From a virus (lineage: Duplodnaviria; Caudoviricetes), in the IMG/VR virus record IMGVR_UViG_3300006029_000037, positions 1 through 31,943 of that record: DNA of 31,943 nucleotides, one strand, 5' to 3'. The position numbers were made by a program, and so were the translations under genes. Numbering within the stretch: position 1 is the first letter of the stretch; each line of letters begins with the position of its first letter. The notes under the pieces were generated by a model, which had not been told where the DNA came from, did not search any database, and saw only the letters and a list, made by a program, of their open reading frames with translations. Positions 24,476 to 31,943 of the stretch are shown here, piece after piece.

Positions 24476-25220
24476 CTTCCATCTCCACTTTAATACCTTT
24501 AGCTCCAAAAGAGGGCGCGCCCAACACTCCAGATTTCTTATCTTCCCAAGCTTCCTTGTTACTCCACTTGGCTGATATTAGGGGGGTACCTGCTTTAACA
24601 AATGTATCCTCTAATGTAGCATCTACTTCCTGCACCCAAGCACGTTGCCAAGTAAAGGTGTTGGTTTTATGCCCGTGGAATAAGCCAGCTTGTAGCGTAC
24701 CCTTGTCAATCTTCATGTTAATATTGTCTACAGCTTTTCTTATTTCTTCTAGGGAAATAGTATCTCCGTGAAGATCCACTTCTCCAGCAGGTCGCCAGAC
24801 AGGTTCTACAGATATCATCTGTTCATCATCAAAAGCCTTGATAATCTCGACTGGTGTCTCTTTACTAAAGAAGCTTTTAAGCACTTTAAGTATAGACTTC
24901 TCAACATCAGATTCTTCTGCGGGTACATCTTTCCATTCTGTTAGTTTGGTAACAAAACTAGCTTCATCTTCAATAAGACTAACTATATGATCATTGTATG
25001 TGTAAGCTATCTTAAACTGGCTGTATTTCTCTTTAGGTTCATACCATAATGTAAAGTAGATATAACTTTCATCGTGATCTTCATAATAAGCCCACTCTTT
25101 ATAACCCTTGACTTCAAATACATACTCAATAGCATCTCTGATTAGCCTTACTTTATCTTGTGCAGTATTCTTAGTAATACTTACTGCATCTGGTTTGGTG
25201 AATAAATCTTTTAAGTTCAT
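24468..25220 (-). CDS. prohead protease (XkdF-like serine protease)
   Basis: PV..P..EVDLHGD.I...EIRKA...H....W....K.G.....S.G pattern. Lies between portal and scaffold. Confidence 0.8.
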   Translation of the reverse strand: MNLKDLFTKPDAVSITKNTAQDKVRLIRDAIEYVFEVKGYKEWAYYEDHDESYIYFTLWYEPKEKYSQFKIAYTYNDHIVSLIEDEASFVTKLTEWKDVPAEESDVEKSILKVLKSFFSKETPVEIIKAFDDEQMISVEPVWRPAGEVDLHGDTISLEEIRKAVDNINMKIDKGTLQAGLFHGHKTNTFTWQRAWVQEVDATLEDTFVKAGTPLISAKWSNKEAWEDKKSGVLGAPSFGAKGIKVEMEDE

Positions 25221-25228
25221 ATTATTTC

Positions 25229-26725
25229 CTATGAAGCATTCTCGTTATTAGTATCACTACCACCACCCTCTTTCTGTGTAGCACCATTGCCAGATCCCTC
25301 TGAACCTCCACCTGTTCTTAAGGCTTCGTAGTCGATATCTTCTATACCTTCAGTGGGTAGTTCCATATTTTCAAGCAACTTTCTATGTACTGCTTGAGTC
25401 ATCAAACCAGAACTAGCTAACCTATTAGCTAACTTGCCTAACACTTCAGCATCAGCTTTAGTAGGATCGTCTGCTTCAAAGTAGGGCATATCATCCCAAT
25501 CAACTTCTATGTTATTAGCTTGTAATATCATTGGAAGTAGTTGAGTGTTTATCACATCTGTTATCCACATAATCAAACGTTGAACGTAGTAATCATGTGT
25601 AGACATTTGGTTAGAGGATAAGGCGTTAGAGCCATGTCCACTTTGACCTAATATCTTAAAGGCTGCACCAAAGACGTTGTAGATACTCTTACGTTTGATC
25701 TCAATGATTTCAGAGGTTTTATATTGCTTACCTCCTCCATCTAAACCCTTAACTCTAAAGTCGTATAACCTTTGCTTAGTATTGGGGTCAACATCACTAG
25801 CCACTACAATCAGATTACCTTCAGCGTTCTGTACACCTGCGGCTGTATCAAGTAATGTAGCATAGGCTGCTGCTTCTGCTGGGAAGTTCTCTGGGTCAGT
25901 AGCTTTGAGCATCATATCCATTGGCATGTCAACTTGACCAATACCGCCTAAATCCTTGCTTGCTCCTACTATCTCATACTGCTCTATTAGTTTCTTTTCT
26001 GCATAAGCATCATAACAACTAAAGAGTGGGCTATAACCTTGTGGACTATTATCTACTGGGTTAAACCTAAAATGTAACAACCTACTAGACTTTATAAAAG
26101 TGTATTTACTATCTTTATAAAAACCTTGTGCTACAGCAGAATAGTTTATCTTGTCTGAGGAGTAGTTACCTAACTTGGCAGTCCTACTAGCTAACTTCAT
26201 AGGCTTCTGAATAACACCTTTCAAGTCTCTGCCTTTGTTGTCCCAAACCCACCCATATACACTAGACTGTGTTCTAGGTGCTAACTTCTTTAATACAACG
26301 CTATTCTTATATTTACCATAAGTTCTATATTCTAAAACTGGGTTTATTAAAGCGTAGCCATGTACTAGACAAGTTACAGCGTTTTGCATAGCCTCTAACC
26401 AAGTGCCTTGAGACATATTCCTAATAGCGTAGTTTAATAAGTCTGCACTGTCTTTGGAGATAGTGTTAGTACCTTTAAACTTAACCTTGCCTTTCTCTAA
26501 GGCTGGTAGAGCTTTAACCAAGATACTATCTAAGGCATCTGCCACATCAGCATCATTTAACATCTCTTTAAACGTACAAGGGAGGTTAGCAGGGTGCAAC
26601 TCTAATTTCTTCTGTTCTTTTATAAGAGAGAAGCCTTCTACTATGTAGGGTTGTCCTGCTTCTTTAGGTAGCCTAGATAAGTCTGCAACAGGAATAGCCT
26701 CTGCTTTATCAATATTCTCAGACAT
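25229..26725 (-). CDS. portal protein
   Basis: 498 aa after TerL. M..D..V...L, HGY, LAPR.Q, P.G.SPL, GS.ALS.....H motifs. Confidence 0.88.
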   Translation of the reverse strand: MSENIDKAEAIPVADLSRLPKEAGQPYIVEGFSLIKEQKKLELHPANLPCTFKEMLNDADVADALDSILVKALPALEKGKVKFKGTNTISKDSADLLNYAIRNMSQGTWLEAMQNAVTCLVHGYALINPVLEYRTYGKYKNSVVLKKLAPRTQSSVYGWVWDNKGRDLKGVIQKPMKLASRTAKLGNYSSDKINYSAVAQGFYKDSKYTFIKSSRLLHFRFNPVDNSPQGYSPLFSCYDAYAEKKLIEQYEIVGASKDLGGIGQVDMPMDMMLKATDPENFPAEAAAYATLLDTAAGVQNAEGNLIVVASDVDPNTKQRLYDFRVKGLDGGGKQYKTSEIIEIKRKSIYNVFGAAFKILGQSGHGSNALSSNQMSTHDYYVQRLIMWITDVINTQLLPMILQANNIEVDWDDMPYFEADDPTKADAEVLGKLANRLASSGLMTQAVHRKLLENMELPTEGIEDIDYEALRTGGGSEGSGNGATQKEGGGSDTNNENAS

Positions 26726-26738
26726 TTAAAGTACCTAT

Positions 26739-27125
26739 TTATGTATTCTTCTTAGAGGGGCGACCTGCTTTCTTATTTTCTTTAATAGGAGCAACTACTT
26801 CTGCTACAACTTCTTTTTCTGGTTCAGCAACAATTGGCTCTTCTTTTACAACTACAGGTTCGACCACTGGAGCAACTACTTCTGGCTTTGGCTTTGCATC
26901 TGAAGGGTCTTTACCTTCTGCAAACAAAACACATTTGCCTGTTGCCATTCCTTGATAATTTCTAAAGGAGAAGTCATCTAATAGTTCAGGACTCTTAGGG
27001 AGTTTGTAACCATCGAGGATAGCTTCTTGTATGGCTTGGAAGAATAAACCTTCAACCTTAAACCCTACGCCACGTTGTATGATTACTAACTTACCTTCAC
27101 TTTCTTGCTTTACGATTGGTTTCAA
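26739..27125 (-). CDS. hypothetical protein with Pro/Glu/Val-rich linker and AT-hook-like tail
   Basis: TTG start after AAGGA. C-terminal KKAGRPSKK. Confidence 0.7.
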   Translation of the reverse strand: MKPIVKQESEGKLVIIQRGVGFKVEGLFFQAIQEAILDGYKLPKSPELLDDFSFRNYQGMATGKCVLFAEGKDPSDAKPKPEVVAPVVEPVVVKEEPIVAEPEKEVVAEVVAPIKENKKAGRPSKKNT

Positions 27126-27141
27126 TGTATTTTCCTTTTTT

Positions 27142-28677
27142 TTATAGTCTTCTCGAAGTTAATAGAGAAGATGCTAGTGTTTTATAATTAGATAGACTTC
27201 TATATACAGGAGTCTTTATAGTTTTATTTCTAGATAAATAGTTGTATGCAGTAGCGCACATATCCACTGCATCATCTTTAGATAGGGATGTATTACCTGA
27301 CCTATCCCCTACGAACCTCTCCAACTCTCCATATAACCAAGCCAGAGTCTCTGGTGTAAAGGTATTCTCTATTATGTAAACATGACCTATACCACACGCT
27401 TGGAAGAAAGGCTCTGCTTTTGTGAGCTTCTTGTGGTTAGAAACTGCTACATCCTTTTTAACTATGAAACCCTCTGCTAAGAAGTACTCCACTTTAGATG
27501 CAAAAACCTCCTTACCAGCAGAGGCCGTATCTTCTGGGAGTATCAAATGTACCTCTACCCCATCGTGTATAGCTTGAGAGAGCATTATTTCATCTCTATC
27601 TGCATATGTTCTTCTCATACGTCCATATATGTAAGTACCTTCATCTGTGAAGTCTGGTATGTAGTCTCCCCACATATAGTACTTACCCTCTGGACATCTG
27701 GACATTTTAATACTAACTGTGTAATCTGGCGACCTATAATTAGGACTTGGTAATGTACCTGCTAAGTCATAAGCTCTGATAGTTTGTAAGTCGCCTGTAG
27801 GTAAACAGTGTGCTTGTTCAAGCCATTCTCTTTTCCAGTATACTCCAGAATCAGCAGAGTCTACCCAAGCTCCCAGTAATAAGGCGTTGCGCTTATCTTC
27901 TGGCATTGAGTCCAACACTGCGAAGTACTCAGGATCCATCTCTTGTAATACTTTATTATCTTTAAGTGTTGCTGGTATATATGTGTAAGTCTGAGGAACC
28001 TTACCATGTAAATCTATTAACTCTTCTTTATCCCAAGATGTTATTAACTTTCCTGTTATAATTAGGTAATGTCTAGTTCTGCCTGCATGTTCTGGGTTTG
28101 GCAACCCACTACCATCTGTCAGTAGGAAAGGCTCTATCCACTCGAACATCCAGTGTTGAGGGTCTGGGTTTAATGTAAACCTCATACCTTTAGGTACTTT
28201 AGCTACTGAACGGTTTCTTGATCTAAGTACAGTAAAGGCATACTCACTGTGCATTTGTAGTTCATCTATATAGATCTTACAAAGTTCAGCACCATACCAA
28301 CTGTCGGCGTGTTTATCGTATTCCAAGTAAGAGAATTTAGACTTTGCACCTGACGGGAAAGTGATAGTCTTTGTCTGCTCATTTATGTGTGCCTTACCTT
28401 TAGGCTTCTTACCTTCAACATCTGAGAATAGTAAATCCCAGTACATCTTCTTAGCAGCAGGCCAAAGGTTAGTTTCTAACTCATTATTGGTTGACCTGAA
28501 GAACACACTAAAGTAGTCTGGGTCATGTACACCAAAAAGATTATCAACTAGAATAGACCATGTTTTACCGCCGCCAGCACCACCACCAAAGAACACTATC
28601 CTGATAGGGTCTTTATCTTCTGTTCCATTACATTCCAAGAACGCTTTTTGGTGAGGCTGGGGATCAATATTTAACAT
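27142..28677 (-). CDS. terL: terminase large subunit
   Basis: PQPHQ adenine-binding motif, Walker A GGGAGGGKT, Walker B IYIDE, coupling motif TLNP, nuclease motifs AYDLA and DDAVD. Confidence 0.95.
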   Translation of the reverse strand: MLNIDPQPHQKAFLECNGTEDKDPIRIVFFGGGAGGGKTWSILVDNLFGVHDPDYFSVFFRSTNNELETNLWPAAKKMYWDLLFSDVEGKKPKGKAHINEQTKTITFPSGAKSKFSYLEYDKHADSWYGAELCKIYIDELQMHSEYAFTVLRSRNRSVAKVPKGMRFTLNPDPQHWMFEWIEPFLLTDGSGLPNPEHAGRTRHYLIITGKLITSWDKEELIDLHGKVPQTYTYIPATLKDNKVLQEMDPEYFAVLDSMPEDKRNALLLGAWVDSADSGVYWKREWLEQAHCLPTGDLQTIRAYDLAGTLPSPNYRSPDYTVSIKMSRCPEGKYYMWGDYIPDFTDEGTYIYGRMRRTYADRDEIMLSQAIHDGVEVHLILPEDTASAGKEVFASKVEYFLAEGFIVKKDVAVSNHKKLTKAEPFFQACGIGHVYIIENTFTPETLAWLYGELERFVGDRSGNTSLSKDDAVDMCATAYNYLSRNKTIKTPVYRSLSNYKTLASSLLTSRRL

Positions 28678-28694
28678 AGCTACTCTTTTATTAT

Positions 28695-29111
28695 TTATTT
28701 AAACATAGAGATAACTGGAGTAGAGTGATCATCTTCTTTATCTTCTTTACCAGAGCTACCACCTCCACCTACCTTCTTCTTATCTTGCATCTTCTTGTAT
28801 TCAAATATATCAACTTGAATATCAATACCAATTAACTCTTTAAAGCAAGTGAAGCTCAACTTAGGATCGAAAGCCATATTCATCACTTTCTTAACTTCAC
28901 CTGTCTTCTCATCCACTTCATCTACATGAGGCTTCATAGCTGTGTATGCCAACTCCTCAATCATCTTGAAGTAGTGTCCTTTTCTCTTTCCAATATAATC
29001 TTGTACTTGCTTATTGGTCATCCTTTTATTAGTAGTGCCTTCTTTCCTACCTGCTGGATTACCGCTAGTACCTTTCTTAATCCTACCCTTCTCATCTCTC
29101 TCAATAGTCAT
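28695..29111 (-). CDS. terminase small subunit (putative)
   Basis: RDEKGRIKKGTSGNPAGR N-terminal motif. Directly upstream of TerL. Confidence 0.75.
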   Translation of the reverse strand: MTIERDEKGRIKKGTSGNPAGRKEGTTNKRMTNKQVQDYIGKRKGHYFKMIEELAYTAMKPHVDEVDEKTGEVKKVMNMAFDPKLSFTCFKELIGIDIQVDIFEYKKMQDKKKVGGGGSSGKEDKEDDHSTPVISMFK

Positions 29112-29452
29112 CTTACATATCCTTCAGTAATTGTTATCTCTATAGGAGGCTTCAACTCTTTTCTCTCAGATGTAGTGGAGTTATTAAACTCTGCACCTAG
29201 TGTATAGTCGTCTGGACTTATATCTGTATCTGAGGAGGATAATATAACTAAGAATCTATCTTCTGCTGTATTCTTTAAAGTGACTTCCCTGTCTACCGTC
29301 CCTGATAACACACCCGTCCTTTTGTTTCTTAATTGGATGTTACAAGTCCATTCTGTTAAGTCTGTGATAATAACACCATCACTATCTTTAATTCCAAGTG
29401 TATAAGAACATGTGCTTGTTCTAGCTATCACAACAGGTATCAACGATGACAT
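29108..29452 (-). CDS. hypothetical virion protein (BppU-N/Ig-like pattern)
   Basis: D.DG...DLT.WT..IQLR...L....T......Y pattern. ATGA overlap with TerS. Confidence 0.65.
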   Translation of the reverse strand: MSSLIPVVIARTSTCSYTLGIKDSDGVIITDLTEWTCNIQLRNKRTGVLSGTVDREVTLKNTAEDRFLVILSSSDTDISPDDYTLGAEFNNSTTSERKELKPPIEITITEGYVR

Positions 29453-29657
29453 CTATTTCTCCTATTTCCACTTCTATTTGTGTATCTTCCATTTCAACTA
29501 GGAAGTCATTATCTTGTTGCTCTGCTATAGCATCGGTTTCTACATATTCTACAACCACATCTTGTATGACAAGTTCTGCGAATAGTTCTCCAGCAGATGT
29601 AGGGTATTTATCAACTCGCCACACTGTTGCATTATTTAAACAAGGGGGTAATATCAT
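29421..29657 (-). CDS. hypothetical acidic protein
   Basis: 78 aa, ATGA-coupled to the upstream gene, acidic beta-like C-terminus. Confidence 0.6.
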   Translation of the reverse strand: MILPPCLNNATVWRVDKYPTSAGELFAELVIQDVVVEYVETDAIAEQQDNDFLVEMEDTQIEVEIGEIDVIVDTCCDS

Positions 29658-31943
29658 GCTAGTATATATCCCGTAGAGTCTGCTAGGCGTATAGGGTTAT
29701 TGTCTGAATCTACAGTAGATATTCTTTTAATCTCTGTAAGAGAATCTAAACTTCTTAATGATATATAAAAGCAGTCTGGTTGCTCCACCCTTGTAGTACC
29801 ATCTTCCCCAAAGAAATATGTTGGGTTATCATAGTTATCTATAAGGTACTGAAGTTGTGCGCTTTCAGTGGGAGTTAACCCGCTAATACCTGTCTCAGCT
29901 ACATATACCCTATCCCTCCATACAATATCTATACCACCTCCACCTGTAGTGGGGTTTTTAACAGGGTAGGAACCATCCGATTTATAGTACCTTACATTAT
30001 CAGTTTGCTTAAGGTTGGTACTTGTATTATTATTTAAGAACAGGTTAACTATATTTATATCGTTATAATAGTTTGCGGCATCCATGGCTACAATACCCCC
30101 AAAGAAGTCTCTTATCCCATCCTCTGTAGTAGTAAAGAATACATACCTAGCATACAAAGCTATTCCTTCATAATCGACAGCAGTAATAATATCTATTTCA
30201 TCATTTACATAATCCGCAGTAAAGTTAGTCACTGTAGAGCCATCTATATTGTTCAAGGTATAGACAGTATCATCTTGTTGTTCTGCAAGAACACTCCAAC
30301 CGTTAGAGCCTACGATAACACTCTGCTTAAAGCCTAATTTTGCTACTAGACCTGCTTGGTATGTTATTGTAACTTCTACTAAATCCCCTGTGGTATATGT
30401 AGTACCTTCTATATAAGTATCTGAGTAGTCAGAAGATGTCACTACAGTATTTAAAATCTCACTGCCTGTGGTTACATTTAGTATTCTTAAACGTGAACCC
30501 ACTACTATGTTCGTTACAGACACGTCCGATAAAAGTATTGGAAAAACAAAAACTACTGTAGCACCTGCTGTGTCATAACTAGGCACAGTCTGCCCTTCTG
30601 CCAGAGTGATAGTTGTCGTGCCTGTGGCAGCAGTTACATTTAAAATAGTAGTATAACCACTGAACGTAGAGCCTGTTAAATCATAAGTACCTCCTACACT
30701 AGATAACTCTATAGCATAAGTCTCTGATCCTTTCTCAAAGTCATATCCTACGGAAGCTCCATCGGAAGCAGTCATGGCATGTGTGGTACTTATACTATCG
30801 GAAACAGTTCCATTTAAAAACTCAGCACCTTTTATATCAATAACACCACAAGCTACAAAGTTAGCGCCATTACAAGAAACTCCTGTTTTCCACGTAACAT
30901 CGTAACCACTTACAATCCACGAATTAGTTAAGTACGTAGCACTTATACTAGATAGAGGGTCAACTATGAAATCTTGTTTATCAGGAGATCGTAGAATCCA
31001 AGATCTAAAATCTAAAGTATCTTCATCACTGGCTTTTACAAGGAATGAGTGAGAACCTGCTTCGCATTTATATCCCAATAAAGAATCGCTGTTGTTGGCA
31101 GGGTATGATGTAGAATCCAAAGAGCCTATGAAGTGTGTCTTTGTTACTAGGTCGCCTAACTCAACACTGGTGGCTATCAGATCTTGTCCTATACCCTGAG
31201 AGCTAGAGCGGTATATACTAACACCACTGCCAAAGCTGTCTGCAATAAGTTTAGGGGACGTAGGGCTACTTGCCATGCCTCCTGTAATTAGCGCAGGAGT
31301 CATCACAGCCTCACATGCAACATTCCACCTCTGCGTAGATACGCTAGTGGATACAACGTCCTGACCCTGCCCTGTGACAACAATGTCTGACCAATCAATA
31401 ATACCACCAGAGTCAACAAATGTTTGATCTGGCATTTTAGCAATAATAGTTCTAAGAGTACCATTGCCGAATTGTTCTTTTGTTAAAGGCTGCCACAACG
31501 CCCAGTTACCGGCACTGTCTCTAAAATAAAATAGCGCGGCGCCATCTGAGTATCTAAAAGTCTGGGAGTTGCCAAACGTTATAGAGTAGGGATAAACTGA
31601 CATGTCCGTACTAGTTACTGTCTTACAAAGTAACTGGACAGAAAGACTGTTAGGAGTACTTACGAAGTATTGAGTGTAGCCCCCATGCCAGCTTAAGTCA
31701 GAGCCATAACTAATCAACCTAGACACTGAGTTTATACTAACGTTAGCTGTAGTCTTACCTAATAACGTAGCATGTAAAGTAGTTATATCAAATGTAGTAG
31801 GCGGCGCACTGTAATCAGCGATGATATCAGGTTTTGAATTAACGCACGGCTGTAAATCCGCAGCAGTCTCCATACTAAAAGCAATAGTATAGGTAGTGCC
31901 ATAACGAGCTGTGCCTGCTACAGCACTTCCTGTGTTATACGCC
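29654..31943 (-). CDS. large multidomain T/S/G/V-rich protein, probably virion fibre/appendage (5' partial)
   Basis: The frame stays open upstream of the ATG at 31873 to the window edge (AYNTGSAVAGTARYGTTYTIAFS), so the protein is >760 aa. Beta-rich composition. Confidence 0.7.
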   Translation of the reverse strand, partial: AYNTGSAVAGTARYGTTYTIAFSMETAADLQPCVNSKPDIIADYSAPPTTFDITTLHATLLGKTTANVSINSVSRLISYGSDLSWHGGYTQYFVSTPNSLSVQLLCKTVTSTDMSVYPYSITFGNSQTFRYSDGAALFYFRDSAGNWALWQPLTKEQFGNGTLRTIIAKMPDQTFVDSGGIIDWSDIVVTGQGQDVVSTSVSTQRWNVACEAVMTPALITGGMASSPTSPKLIADSFGSGVSIYRSSSQGIGQDLIATSVELGDLVTKTHFIGSLDSTSYPANNSDSLLGYKCEAGSHSFLVKASDEDTLDFRSWILRSPDKQDFIVDPLSSISATYLTNSWIVSGYDVTWKTGVSCNGANFVACGVIDIKGAEFLNGTVSDSISTTHAMTASDGASVGYDFEKGSETYAIELSSVGGTYDLTGSTFSGYTTILNVTAATGTTTITLAEGQTVPSYDTAGATVVFVFPILLSDVSVTNIVVGSRLRILNVTTGSEILNTVVTSSDYSDTYIEGTTYTTGDLVEVTITYQAGLVAKLGFKQSVIVGSNGWSVLAEQQDDTVYTLNNIDGSTVTNFTADYVNDEIDIITAVDYEGIALYARYVFFTTTEDGIRDFFGGIVAMDAANYYNDINIVNLFLNNNTSTNLKQTDNVRYYKSDGSYPVKNPTTGGGGIDIVWRDRVYVAETGISGLTPTESAQLQYLIDNYDNPTYFFGEDGTTRVEQPDCFYISLRSLDSLTEIKRISTVDSDNNPIRLADSTGYILA

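Noticed and set aside
11062-29676. Many short + strand ORFs across the structural region
   Set aside because: All lie antisense to well-supported, tightly packed - strand genes.
1-31943. Stop-codon reassignment, inteins or introns
   Set aside because: Genes tile densely in the standard code using TAA, TAG and TGA. TerL, portal and MCP are normal-sized and uninterrupted.

Overview
AT-rich dsDNA myovirus (contractile-tailed phage) genome segment. The + strand from 1 to about 5.0 kb holds DNA and nucleotide metabolism genes (partial RNase H-like/DNA-polymerase-type exonuclease with a Zn ribbon, HNH-AP2 homing endonuclease, HAD 5'-deoxyribonucleotidase, dNMP kinase) and small hypothetical ORFs. 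It converges at about 5.05 kb with a nearly complete - strand late region. Read from the right, that region is: a large truncated virion-like protein, TerS, TerL, portal, XkdF-type prohead protease, scaffold, decoration protein, MCP, head-tail/neck proteins, DUF3383-type sheath, tube, tail chaperone with a P2-type TTTTTTG -1 frameshift, tape measure, baseplate hub/spike/wedge/J, a split tail fibre plus chaperone, and holin-like genes. Family names come from motif recognition and gene order only; no database search was run. Two features are unexplained. (1) Three dispersed ~100-bp non-coding elements share an identical polar core GTAGGGTAGGTAGGGG, flanked by inverted arms with ~11-bp periodicity and near-constant geometry. 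(2) Between two of these elements is a self-contained cassette with its own sigma70-like promoter, an unannotated 19-aa peptide ORF, a polytopic membrane protein and a TM/coiled-coil protein. No tRNA, rRNA, CRISPR array, integrase or endolysin was recognised.
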